Positions 38,265-52,590 of a stretch of DNA of 64,000 nt are shown one piece after another. The stretch lies in NCBI GenBank assembly GCA_012295275.1, contig CM022665.1, forward strand, positions 4,960,001-5,024,000, read 5' to 3'. The notes beneath the pieces were generated by a model. That model did not search any database and was not told the DNA's origin. It was given only the letters and a program-made list of their open reading frames with translations. Origin of the DNA: Chrysomallon squamiferum. Taxonomy: Eukaryota; Animalia; Mollusca. Each line of letters opens with the position of its first letter. Position 1 is the first letter of the stretch. Both the position numbers and the translations under genes were made by a program.

Positions 38265-38402
38265 GCCAACCCCAAGGGTGACCCAACCTACCCCCAGGGG
38301 TGACCCAACCTAACCCCAAGGTAATCCCAACCTAACCCCAAGGTAATCCCAACATACCCCCCAGGGTGATCCAACCTACCCCCAGGGTGACCCAACCTAC
38401 CC
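38265..38402. repeat. ~20-21-bp C-rich minisatellite (CCCAACCTACCCCCAGGGTGA, ~6-7 copies)
   Basis: Direct reading. Confidence 0.85.
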
Positions 38403-38803
38403 ATCCTGGTGTGGGCCGGGTCAGATTGGGTATGTGTCATTAACCATTAATTATTAAAAGAAAATAACAAATCAGGATATTTCAGTCATTCGTAATTGCT
38501 CCTAAATAATGAAAATTTCTTTTAAACCACTATTTTTTCGATCTGTATTTGAAATAGAGGTGAAAATGCCAAAACGAGTCTCAGATTGCCCCGGTCTCCC
38601 CTACGTATCATAATAATGCGAGACACGTAAACGACTACAGGTATCATTATTACTCGATGTACAAAATGAAGCATGAGCTTGAAATAATTTATGAGATCCA
38701 GAATAAAAAATTAATGACTTTCTGATCTGAAAAGAACAGGTACGGTGCAGTGTGCAAATGATTTGCATACATATATCCATTAAATTAATTTTAAATCGCC
38801 ACA

Positions 38804-38843
<40 letters not shown>

Positions 38844-39389
38844 ACCTACATACACACACATACTCACAAATACATTAACATACATAATTACATGTATACA
38901 TCCATACATACATACACATAAACGTGGACAGACAAATACACATACACACAGACACGAAAGCACATACCATCGCCAGCTCTGGACACATTACTCCCACCGC
39001 GATCAGACACATGTTCTGACATTTTCAGGAATTATAAATATTTCCTGTAGCATAAAGATACTTATAAAGAAATTTGTATGTGTCTCTGTCTGTCTGTCTT
39101 ACTGTGTTTTCCTTTTCAACTTCAAAATATTCATTTAACAGAAATATTATGCAATTTTATTAACCGTGGGCGTATGAGTGTATGGGTGTGAGGGTGTATG
39201 TGTGTGTGTTATCACCTGGTTATTGGTCACAGTTAATTCTTTTGTTTTATTTTGTTTCCTACTTGTTACTGTTTTCTGTGTTGTATTTCTTCGTTTATTT
39301 GGTTTTGTCTCTTTTGTGAGTTGTAGAGGGTGTTTATTACTGTAATTTATATTTATTTATTTTGTTTTATTCTATTTTTATTTTCTTGT

Positions 39390-39421
<32 letters not shown>

Positions 39422-39964
39422 TTTATTTATGTATATTGCTGTTGTTGCATTTGCTTGGGTTTTTTTTTTTTTTTTTTGTGGAGCTGGAGGTGAGGTGGGC
39501 TTTGTGATGTTATTGTTTTTATATTCTTTCATATTTGAATGTAGGGTGTAGAGTAAATGAAATAGTGTACACTGAATTATTTGCGTATAAATGTGTGTGT
39601 GTGTGTGTGTGGATGTGTGTTTGTTTGTGTGTGTGTGCATACAGATACTAATCTATAAATTATAAATATACATGCATGTCATGACATTTTTATAGTCTTA
39701 CTCACACACACACACACACACATAATACATGCATAGATACATTTTCACATACATAAACATTACATTCATAATACACAAACTTATACATAAATATACAAAT
39801 ACGAACCTACGTACGCACGTACGTTCACTGTATACTGAGATACATAATATATGTCATCAAGTTTACTAAATATTAAATTAATAAGATTACAAATAATTAA
39901 CAAAATATAACACTGAAAAAAAAAAATTTATTTCTTTACTTATTTCCTTTTATTTCCAACTTTC

Positions 39965-40020
<56 letters not shown>

Positions 40021-41098
40021 TTCATTTATTTATTTATTTAAATTTCTTAAATAATGGAAGTTCTTTTCTTTCTTTTGATTTCGTTTTTTTTTATTATTAT
40101 TATTTTTTTTTTTTTTTTTTTTTTTTTTTTGAACGTAATTTTATATTTGATTTGTATTTGATGTTTTTATTTAGTGTTTATGCCCTGAAAAAAAGAAAAA
40201 AAACATGTTTTACGACATGCATTGTGCTCCATATTTGTAAGCTGTGTTCCGCAAGAGGGCCCACAGAACGTGCGGAGATCTCTAGGACATCGTGACATTC
40301 ACAACAAAAGAATTCTCAAAATAGATCTCTTTCATTATTTGTACTTTGCTTTTCTTCAATATTTACACACACGCGCGCGCGCACGCACGTACACACACAC
40401 AAACAAACACAATTGTATTTTTACTTAATTTTTATTTTTTAAGTGAAAGAGATTTTACGTAAAGCGAACAATGATGGTATTACAGAAAGACATTTAGAAA
40501 TAAGCTAAATTAATCTTCTTTTTCTAATAATTCATTCATTCATTCATTCATTCATTCATTTATTATTATTATTATTATTATTAGTTTGCTTGATTTTTGA
40601 GTGTTGGTTTGTTTATTTGTTTCTTTGCTTACTTATTTGTTTGCTTACTAGTTTGTTTTTTCTATTAAGAGAAAAAAACACCAAAAAACAAGAAGAAAAA
40701 AACTGTTACCTCGATCGTGAAATTTAGCGCTTGAATAAACACCGTTTTGGTTGAATGCATCAGTGTGTGTTGTAGGGATAAATTATAATGTGCTATAGAT
40801 TACAAAAAGCGGTAACCAAAATAGAATCCTGTCAAACCAGTTTCCTAATGAAAGCAGAACATTATTCCTATGTTCAGTTATCGTTTTCGCTGAATCACAC
40901 TATACTGTTGTTTTCGTGTCAAATTTCGTTATTTGTTTAATTATTCTGTTTAGTTGTAGTTTTCTTCTTTTCAAATAAACTGAACACAACCTTTTAAATT
41001 ATTTAACGTTCCACTCAGTGCGCCATAATTTCCGCATGTTTCTGAAACTTGCCGTGAGCTGAAAATATATAATGAAATACATGAAATTAAAAATACAG

Positions 41099-41138
<40 letters not shown>

Positions 41139-41559
41139 TTTTTTGATGATGTGTTTCTTGTCTTGCCTATGTCATACTTATTTATTCTTTCTTTCGTACT
41201 TTTCAATTACCTTTTCTTTTCCATCCCAAGTACACAGAACTACACGGGAAAAAAAAAAAAAAAAAAAAACAGCCAGACCTTCACAATGGCCTAAGGTTAT
41301 GGCCTTTTGTGTATAATGTATTATCATATTTGGCTGCTCCGCTTGTACTGTCGAGACTTGGGTACACACCTACGTTTTATAATTACACAGGACATAAAGA
41401 CGGCAGAGTGAGACGCAAGTTTCAGTGTATTTCGAGGTCTGTTTAACATAGCAGGATGCACTGAATAGATGTCTCCTTTCGTCACTTTCTAGAAGTCACC
41501 GTTGATGGCGACGGGGAAGTAGAAAAATCTGAGATTTAGAACATTTTCACGAAAACAAA

Positions 41560-42049
41560 ATGGAGTTGACCTTGTACGTTCTTTTCTTCTTCATGCCCCT
41601 GGTGATTATCCGTGGTTTCACAGGTAATGTGAAAGATTAGTTTACATAACTTATCATTAAGCCGTTTAGACACAAAACACACACACACACACGTACGTAC
41701 GAACATAGCTTTCTCTTTGTAATTATTTTTCTCATTTAGACTAAAGAAAAACGATAACAAAACTGTCATACATTTTCTCAGTATGTACTATGTACAAGCA
41801 TCTAAAATCGAACTATCTATAATCGCGTTCTAAAATGGCTCATTTTATATTAATGAAACATATGTGAATCGAATGGACGGATTATATAGAAGCGATACCA
41901 GAACCTTATCACCAGCAATTTTTTCTAGACAAGTGATTGTTAAACTTGTAAAAGTATTGCTGTCTCACATTATAGAAAATGTGGTTAATGAAAAGTCTTA
42001 TTAATAAATTAATACATTGTTTGTACAACTGCTGCTGCTGCTGCGGCTG

Positions 42050-42139
<90 letters not shown>

Positions 42140-44143
42140 GTGTTACTACTACTTTTACTACTACTACCACCACTACCAACAAACCATAATATCATAGACG
42201 TTTTTGAATTTCGGTATCAAATACTTTAATAGTAGTAGCGACAACATCAGCAGCAGCAGCCATAGATAGTGGTATTGGTGGTAGTAGTAGTAATAGTAGT
42301 AGTAGTGGTAATTGTTTTTTAATACTGAGAGAAGCAATAGCGCATAGAGAAACACTGCTAATGAGTCATTCCGTGTCAAATCACCCAATGGGTTAAACCC
42401 GACCGTCTCAGATTTTTATAAAACTTGGTATACTTGTTGACTGGGAACCCTCATATCTCAGGAACTACTGGGCCAATCTTCATAAAAGTTTGGAAACTAT
42501 TGGAGTACATTGACCTTGTGACTTTTGCTGACCTTGAAATTGACTGTGTGGATCACGTGTCCTTGAGATGACCTTTATTGAAATTTAATCTCCCACATGT
42601 TAACTAAAAAATATAAAAGTTTCCTGGGTGTAATATTTTTTGTTTAGATACAATATAGATTTAAAAAATGCACATACATAAAAATAACACCTTTTCAGCC
42701 ATTAACATCTGATTAACTAAAACCTGAATGATCAATTCTGGATGCTAGGAATCAAAAGATGAGCTTTTGGTCTCAGAGAAAATGTACATTGTAATGCATT
42801 GTATCAATCATCCATGCAGGTATGCATTTTTTAAATCTCTATTATGGCTAAACAAAAAATATTACATCCAGGAAACTTTTATATGTGAACTTTATGCATT
42901 CATGTAGGCCTACAATGTCTTACTCGATGATCAAGAAAGATGGTGATTCCTAGCATCCAGAATTGATCATTCAGGTTTTAGTTAATCAAATGTTAATGGC
43001 TGAAAAGGTGTTATTTTCATGTATGTGCATTTTTTATATCTATATTGTGGCTAAACAAAAAATATTACACCCAGGAAACTTTTATATTTTTTAGTTAACA
43101 TGTGGGAGATTAAATTTCAATAAAGGTCATCTCAAGGTCACGTGATCCACACAGTCAATTTCAAGGTCAGCAAAAGTCACAAGGTCAGTGTACTCCAATA
43201 TTTTCCAAACTGAACAAAAATGGCAGATTTGGAATCCTTGTTATATTGCCTTTTCAACAATACCAATTTTATGAAGATTGGCCCAGTAGTTCCTGAGATA
43301 TGAGGGTTCTAAGGTTGGTGGTCACACCTATTTTTGCCACAAATCTCAAAATTCGGTGGGCCATATCTCCCACACCACTGATCCGATTGGGCTAAAATTT
43401 CAGATTTGGTGCTGTGGGATCCCAGTCACCGAGTATACCAAGTTTTATAAAAATCTGAGACGGTCGGGTTTAAGTTATTTTTGTGGGGGGCGATTGGACA
43501 TGGAATGACCCTAATGTATTCTAACAGATATATTTATTTCTCATTTCTCACTATTTTTAGATGTCAAACAAACATACAACAGTTCTACACTGTGCAGACG
43601 CGGAAGTAATCAGACCAATTTCTACGAAGCCAGCTGCAAAGACAAAGTGACCAGTTCTTCGGAAGTTAGCATTATTGCTGTTACTAATGTTTGGTACGGT
43701 GCGAAACCTCGTTCTCTGCAGTGTGCTTCGAACGGTTCCTTCGACGAGTGCTGCAGTTTCATCAAAGGTCAAGACTGTTTGATTGAGCCACCTAGTGCAG
43801 GGGATTTGTTCAAAATCGCACTCGACTGTAATGGAGCTAAGTGGTGCCAGTCTCAAGGGAGAAGAATTGATGCCTCGAGCTTTTGTGAGTTCCCCAAACT
43901 CTTCAGTGGGCTTACAACTTATAGCATGTTTGAGTATCAGTGTATCAACAGTAAGTGTGTTTTCGAATTTATCGGGTTTTGGGGTTTTTTGCTGTTTTAT
44001 TTTTATTTTGTTTTTGTTTTTTAGGGGGAGTGTTGTTTTTCTTTTGTTTTTTGTTATTGTTTTCATAATTCTTAAATCATCACTCTGTCTTTGTTATCCA
44101 ACCCTCAGTCCATCTACCTTTGTATCTATGCCGCTGTCTAACT

Positions 44144-44193
<50 letters not shown>

Positions 44194-46329
44194 GGCCTGT
44201 ATGTATTTACCTACATAATAACTATCTCTGACCATCTTTCCATTTATTTATCTGTATATCTTTCTCTCTGTTCTTTGTCTTTCTGTTTGTCAATCTCATA
44301 TTTCATTTAATAATTAACTAATTTATTTATTTAGCTGGTCTCATAGAAAATATGTGCCACGGGGGTATAATTCAGGAAGGAAACGAGGTCTACATGGCGA
44401 GCAACGTATATTACATGAACAACGACAGACAAGACAACTGCTTCTGCACATTTTCTACAACGTGTGGAAGTCGAATCATCTTCGAAGCCGTTGACGTTAG
44501 ACTTGCGAGAACACCTTCTTCCCAGTGCGGTGAAGCTCTGCTGTTTTCCGATGTCAGAAACCCAACACACAACCACAGTGTTACATGTTACGACAAATAT
44601 TTACAGATGAAGACATTGTTTGAATCCCAGAGTAATCTCGCAATGGCTGATTTGACCATTCTTGACGAAAAACACAAAGGAAAAGTGTGGATAAGAGTTA
44701 AGTGTAAGTGCTACCATTTATCATAATAATACTATAACCATCCTAATTTATGAAGTGAAAAAAAAAAAAAAAAACGTAATAGAATTCATGAAGTGTACGG
44801 GTTTCCTGTCTCGTTATCTGTACGTTCCTTAATCGTATGTATAATGCCACATAACCGTTGATTAAAACTGTTGAGGCTGTCTTTAAACAAAGCATTTCTT
44901 TTTCCTGTGTTCTCTTTTATACATTATAGCTTCATCTGAAAATGCTACTATACGCCTTCTCTGTGGAATCACCACAAACACACCGATAATAGAGAAACAC
45001 ATGTGCGATGAAGACAAACCAACAACAACGACGACACCAACATCAACGACAACAACGGTGACAAACTTTGAGGATATCAGTAAGTTATAGTTTCATGTAA
45101 TCATTAATAAGACTTTCGCTGTGAGTATTTGAACATGAGATCGTCTGAGCTGATCAAAGGCTGTTATTAAACTGAAGTCATAGGTTTATGCGTGATATTT
45201 GTAATTTCAGTTTCTCTTAAAGATTATTTTACTAAGACCATAAGGAATTCATCAATTAGTATTTCATGTAATTGAACTTTCACAGAGAGGATTCGACCCA
45301 TTTATCTTTTTATTACAAAAACATGATATGTTGACGAATAAATATTCCTTCACAATCAGAACAAATTCTTTTGTTGTTTTTCATTTTCAAAATGTTCGTT
45401 CATCAGAATGCATTTAGCTAATACTGAAACAATTTTCTAAGATAAGGGTAAAATTTATAGAAATATGGAGATTCATTTGAATTCTTTACTTTTCTGCAAA
45501 CTGAAATTATTTTCACATTACCAGGTACAAAATTTTCATCATCACTATTATTACGTTTCATATTTATTCATTTTAAAATGTTAAAACTGATTTAAATATT
45601 TATTTTATTTTGTTTATTACTTACTGTTTTTCATTTGAAATTTTTCATATGTGACAAATTACAAAAACAAGGCATGACTCTTACAACTATCTACATTACA
45701 TTTACTTGGCATAAATTATTTATTTTCAGAAATGCGACCTAACTGCGATGCCCACCCTGAACAATGTGTGGAAAATGCAAAGGATCAGCCAGGTTAGATA
45801 ATTACAAACAACTGTCGATTAAATGTTACAGAGTTTAGTACAAGTGTGTCTTTTACCGTGAGTCTTTAATGTCGTATAAAAGTTAATATATTAATAGTTC
45901 ATACTATAACATAATTACAGTACCTGTACTTGAATTTTATTCAGGTATAACGAAAATGAAAAGAAAGATGTTCTGTTCTTAGCAGTGGTTGGGTATGTCG
46001 TTAGAATTTGTAGATGGAGTTACTGTTCTTTACGTATTCTCCTGTTAGAAAATCTCCTGTTTACCGGTTTGTCTGTGCTAAGTATCAACTGGATATTTCG
46101 AATGATAAAGAGTCAGTGTGATTAATAAAACGATCCCTGTGTAAAATAATAACTTTAAAAGAATCATAAAAATATTTTTTTTTTTTATAACTGTTTTAAA
46201 ATAAATAAATATGATGATTATTTTGTACATTTATTTACTGCATTCATCAAGTTTTTGGGGTGTTGAGCAATTTTTGGGTCAAAACTTTAAGCTATTTGCG
46301 TTTTCATGACAGATATACCTTAAATAAAA

Positions 46330-46423
<94 letters not shown>

Positions 46424-47124
46424 GAGAGTATAAGAGAAATATGGGAACTTAGGATGAAAAAAGAATGGAAGGGGTTTATAATTATGTAGCTACGATGCTG
46501 AGATATCAAATTAATGCTACAAGATTTTAGAAGTTAAATTTGAAAATGTATCGTTATCATCATATATTAACTGTAACTGCTAGAATAAGAAATTATAAAA
46601 TATTTAAAAATGAATATATTAGAATTTTGTTTGTTAACTTTTTTAAACAGATTCTCTTCGGATTGGATACATAACTGGAATAGTGGTTGGTGGACTTGTG
46701 CTGCTATTTATTCTCCTTGTCTTCGTTGTTATTTTGGTAAAAAGGTAAAAACAATATATACTTAATATCGTAATAAATCAGGAACCAAAATATGTTAAGA
46801 TATACTGATAGGGAAAAGAAAGAAATAAAGGATGTACAAATATGAAATAATATTATGTTTTGTAATTGCAGTTAGCGAATTTGTGGAGAAAGAATTCCCT
46901 TCACTATGTCTTTTATTTTTGGTTTTATTTATTTATTTTTATTTATTGTTTGTTTGTTGTTGTTTTTTCAAATTATATTTTATTTATTCATATATATATA
47001 TTAGTTTTATTTATTTATTTATTTTTTTTTTTTTTTTTTTTGGTTACTGGTCAGTTGTTTATATTGTTATTGTAATTATTCTTAATATTACTATTCTTCT
47101 TCTTCTTCTTCTTCTTCTTATTAC

Positions 47125-47173
<49 letters not shown>

Positions 47174-47564
47174 GTTATTGTTATTATTTTTTAAAATGTT
47201 ATAACTGTTATTATAGTTATTATTATATACACATTTTTTTTCTTTATTTTCAAGGCGTCATAAACGAGACGACAATATCTACGACGTCCCGTATAACAAC
47301 GGCAACATTTATGAAACCTTAGCACCAACAGTGTCACAAACACCTAACGGCTTCCTGAATGAGTCCTACATTTCTAATGAACGTGTCATTCACAAAGCGA
47401 ATGAAAAACGAGAAAACAATCCGCCATCAGGATACGCTTACTGCATACCACGTGACCAGCTTCCTGACGACGACGGCTACGTGAGACCCATTTTCGAGAA
47501 CTCCAGAAATGATGCCATTGCTTCGAATCTTGAAAGTCCATCTTTACAGAAGACATCTTTGTAA
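41560..47564 (+). CDS. Type-I membrane protein 2: signal peptide, SUEL-like domain, CUB-like domain, Thr-rich stalk, TM helix, Tyr-motif tail (479 aa)
   Basis: Seven phase-consistent exons: 41560-41623, 43561-43950, 44335-44703, 44930-45079, 45730-45792, 46651-46744, 47255-47564. The lectin exon is paralogous to gene 1 (NFYEASC/NFLEASC, VWYGAK/VFYGAK, ECC, DASSFC..KLF/DTSSKC..KLF). TM IGYITGIVVGGLVLLFILLVFVVILV. Confidence 0.85.
42363..43511. mobile_element. Foldback non-autonomous DNA transposon, Sola2-like
   Basis: Termini GAGTCATTCCGTGTCAAATC and GATTGGACATGGAATGACCC (GRG..CYC). 4-bp TSD TAAT at 42359-42362 and 43512-43515. Long internal inverted arms (42488-42753 vs about 42944-43211; 42446-42487 vs 43267-43309). 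The superfamily assignment rests on termini and TSD only. Confidence 0.8.
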
Positions 47565-47637
47565 ATTATGAAATGAATAATGGAATTCTTCTTTATATAT
47601 ATACAAAATTGCATAATTTTTTATTGATTAATAATAA

Positions 47638-47703
<66 letters not shown>

Positions 47704-48363
47704 GATTTCTGGTGTTGGGGTTATTACTATACCTGTGAATTGCTTACAAACCACCGCGCTGTAAATAAATGTTCATTTGCACGACTGTCGTGATAAGGGA
47801 GATAACTCATTTTATAAACGAGTTAAATCTTGTGACTACATTTTGTGACTGTAATAAAAGATTTTTCTTATTGTGTTTGTGGTATAGTAAATTGAATACA
47901 GTTTCATTTCTTATTTTTGTAACATTACTCGTTTCAAATTATATAATTTTATATGATTCATCTTTTTTCTTCTTTTTTTTCTTCAGAGTAAATCCTGAAA
48001 TTGTATCATCAGCATTAGTATATATATATTAAAAGATTAAAACTAATCCAGACTTCTAGACAAGAAAGTACCTGCACTGTTGCGGATATAACTCAAAAGA
48101 TGAAATAAAATTTAAAAGAATAGTCCTTAAAACAATAATAAAATAATTATGTGAATAAATACACAAATAAATAAATAAATTTAATGTGAATATAATAATG
48201 ATGATGATGATGATGATGATAATGATGTTGATGATAATGACAATATCGATTGGAAAAAGTTATAACTGGTAGAAACACAAATCTTCTATCGATCCAGCCA
48301 TATGTATCCCTTAACTAATCATTTAACGATCAATGATTCATTGTGTCTGTGTGTGCGCGCGCG

Positions 48364-48479
<116 letters not shown>

Positions 48480-49238
48480 TGTATGTGTGTGTAGACGCTA
48501 GCATTAAATTTATTGTTTAGATATTTATATATAACGCGTGAAACTTATTATCATTTTGTCAGTGAATAATAACATTCAGCTGTTAAGGGTTCTGTTAGTT
48601 TTATTATCGATATATATTTAAAATCACAACACTGGTAGGCCCGATTGACGATGTAAAAAGTACGGAAGTAACCGAAGGAAGAAGAAGAAGACGATGAATT
48701 ATCTACAATAAAATAAGCCTATTAGTTAAAGTACAATAACTGTATGAACAAACATATCAATCTACAACTTATTATTTCAAGTAGATGCAATGACAAATAA
48801 GCATTTATGCCTATCTTACTGTGAACATAGTATTAATTATACGCATTAAAACATGATATGACTAACGCATATCTTATTTACACGTTTATTAACAATAATT
48901 AAAATATACAAAAATGCATAAAACCCAGATTAATTAGTAACTAGATGGAAGTAGGATTCCAAAAATAATTTCATAAAGTCAAACATTATTTATAATCTAA
49001 ATAAAACAAACAAAGTAATTAAAAACTCGCAGTAATAAATGTTACAACATTTAAGGCATTATGTATGAAGACATGGATATTGTCCATTATTGGCCTAATA
49101 TTCAAATTACTATCTCTAGTAGTTTTTACATATGGCCAAAATAATAATTAGATTATCGAAAATATTGTTGTTGTGCATAATTAAAATCAGAACCTTGAAA
49201 CTGTCAGAGTTGTGGTTGTCAAACATTACGAGGTCAGT

Positions 49239-49310
49239 GGGATTCCCTTGCTTTGCAACCGATTATGACGTTTTGGAAAACCCCTTTCCAACATTAGAGT
49301 AATGACGTCA
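49239..49310 (+). promoter_or_regulatory. Putative RCAN proximal promoter motif cluster (CRE plus Rel/NFAT-like sites)
   Basis: Full CRE TGACGTCA at 49303-49310, half CRE at 49266, TGGAAAA/GGAAAACCCC at 49274-49284, TTTCCA at 49285, GGGATTCCC at 49239. All lie 210-280 bp upstream of the ATG. Confidence 0.4.
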
Positions 49311-49519
49311 ATCGGAAAGAGAATTGACAGAACATTTTACGGCATGGGTATTCGTGATGCATGTCAAATCGGTCACCCATGCGCACTTTAATTGATTGTT
49401 TTATTTTTATTATATATTGGAATTTTCATACAGTACGAACAGCTTTTCGGTGAGGCTAAGTTATCAATATTCCGCTTTTTTCTTCAATACTGAAATGCTC
49501 GACGTGCCTTCGGGCTAAA

Positions 49520-52500
49520 ATGGCGGAAGAAAACCAAGAAAATGATTCAACAACTGATAATGGTGAAGACGTAAGCGATCTACCGGATGCATTAATAGCT
49601 GCCAATCTTCATGACAGTATTTTCGATGACGCTAAAGCGAAGGTATGTTATATTTTTATCTGAAGGAATGGGATTGCCTAATGTTTGTGAAATATTCATA
49701 TTATGTTGGTTGTTACGGATTTTGCCGGTAACCACAAACATTAAACACTAAGCGACTAACGGCGAGTTGCACAATTTAAAGAAGAACGCATAATTAATGA
49801 GTTACTTGAGTATTATTCTCAGGACTCTGATACTGGCATTAGAGGAATACATTATGAAATTAACAATTTGGATTTATATTATTTTATCTCGATAAGCCAC
49901 CTACTGTTACTTAATTTATTAAGCTTTGTATTTATGAAGTGCAGCAAATTTTCTCAGTAACGAACTGCCCTCCCCACCCCACCCTGCTTCACAAAGGAAC
50001 CTGCTCAGGAATTATAACTTGAAAATCCTTATTAATTGTGGCATCACAGAAAAATAATTGTTTTAATTACTGCATAGGCTTATTTTTTTACATTTATTCA
50101 AATTTTATGTTACAATCAAATAATGAAATTTCACAGAATCATATAGTACATGTTCAAACTGAAGATAATGACAGCTAAGTTAATATGCATATAAAATGAA
50201 TATGCATTAAATTTTTTTACTTCTTTATGATAACCAAAATACACAAATAAATAATAGTACTTGATAAATAAATTACTAAATTCTGAAGATGTAACTGAAA
50301 TGAAACATGTTTTATGAGCTGAAGTACTGTAGCAGTGTATATAAAAAGCCATAGAAAATATACTTAGGAAAATATTATTATAATGTGATATAATATTACA
50401 TATATACTTTCATTCAATAAAAATAAAGAATTAGAAGTATAAATTGGTATAAAAATAAACACTATAAATAGTATAACGATAGCCAATTTTGTTATTTCTT
50501 TAATTTTCTTCTTCTTTATTTTTTTTTTTTTCTTAAAATAATACATAATAAAAAATAAAAATAAAAAATCAGGAAGGAAATTATTTATCACATTTACATA
50601 AATTATTATTTAAAATATTTGTTTGGTATTCCAAAATAAATATAATAATAATCTCTTTAATAATTTTTGTTCAATAACATGCCCTTAAGAATGATTAATC
50701 ATTTTGGATTCTGTGGTAAATAGAATATTATCTTTATATCTCTTTGTTCATCTGTGTGTTACTTCTGCTTCTTAATAGCTATTGAAAATTGTTTATCCAA
50801 CTTGTATTTTAGTAACATTTCTATTGTTATACTTTTTGTTCCTTTTTTAAAATTAAGCATTTTACAGAATAATCAATATTTAATGTAACATTTTTAATAA
50901 TAAAATCTCGGATTAGCTGATGTATTTTCTTTGACTGCAGGCACAGTTTGAAGCACTCTTTTTGGAATATGATGAGACAGTAACTTTCCAGTACTTGAAA
51001 AGTTTTCGCAGAGCTCGGATCAATTTCTCCAACCCTGAAATAGCTGTCCAAGCCCGACTTCACCTGCATGAGATAAACTTGTTGGGAAATACAATGAAAT
51101 GCTACTTTGCTCAGGTTAGACATTTTATATTTTTAAACCAAGTAAGTTCTTTGCCTTAAATTTTTGTTTTTATTTTAACATTATTTTATAAATTCTGTTA
51201 TTTCGTTACGAAAAACAATTAGATAAACATACAAAAATACAAGATTGTTTTTTTTTTAATTTTATTTCAGTTATTTTGATATGAAATAAACTATTAAATT
51301 GACTTCCAAGTGTAAGATGTTGTATTTTACTTTATTATTATTATTATTATTTTTTTTTTATGTTTATTATTTTGTTGTGAAATAAAAATTAGATTGGCAT
51401 CCAAAATATTATTCATTTCAATTTTTTATTAGTGTGTGTGTGTGTGTGTGTTTTTGTTTGTTTTTTTAGGTTATGAAATATAAATTAGATAGGCATCCAG
51501 AGAACAAAGACATTTTATTTTGATTATTTTGCTGTGAAATAAAAATTAGACTAACAGTCAAAATATTTGGCATATTTATACTTAATTTCATGTTCTTTGC
51601 TAATTTGCTCCAATCCAATTCCATTCAGCTGTAATTAACCCTTTCAAAATGCCTTTTTCATCATGCATTTTTGGGTGGTTTTTTTGCTAGTGTTGCACAT
51701 TTAACTAATTGGATTTTGGTTAATGAAATTTGTTGATGATAGCAAATCAGAAAACAGTAGCAGAATTAATGCAGTGCTGATCAGTTCTAACATTCTGAAT
51801 TCAGTTAAACATATTCTGTAATGTATGTGTAGTTATGTTAAAAATCACTGAAGATTACTGTCAAACATGCAGATATTAAAATTTTGTAATGTATATGTTT
51901 ATTCATTGGTAGATTCAAATTTAAGTTTGATGATTTCAGTGTTTGTATGTGTCTGTTGTGTCTTATCTCACAAGAAAATATTTAATGCATGATAAAGTCT
52001 TTTAAATAATTAGACCTCATCTCCTATGTTTGCTTAGTAATAGAAATGACAATTGTATTTAAAAAAACTTTAAAAAAATATATATAAAAAATTGATTGGT
52101 ATGTCTCGGTAATGTGATGGAGGGAACTAGTAAGAAATTATCATTTTTATATGTGATTAGTATTGATGCAAATAAGGGTGTTAATGATATGTTTCTTGAT
52201 GTTGTCATGGGAATAATTAATGTCATTATCATTACCAGAGGGTAAGTATTAAGAAATCAATCTCATGTTCATTAATATTGACAGTGTTGCATTTTCAGAT
52301 AAACAGCTATATTAAGACCCTCACTAGTATCTTAATGTGAACAGGTGGAGCCTTTTTTTTTTTTTTTTTTAATTCTCAGTTTAATGTGCATGATCAGTAT
52401 TTCATCCAGTAGTATAGAGAAAGTCTTCTTTGTGTTTAGTAACTTTTTGTTTAGTGTATACAGATAACTGGAAATCATGTTTAAAGTGTACACATGGAGA

Positions 52501-52553
52501 AATGTTTAAATATATCCTTCATATTTGTAAGTTTTATTGTATTTGTTTTCTTG

Positions 52554-52590
<37 letters not shown>

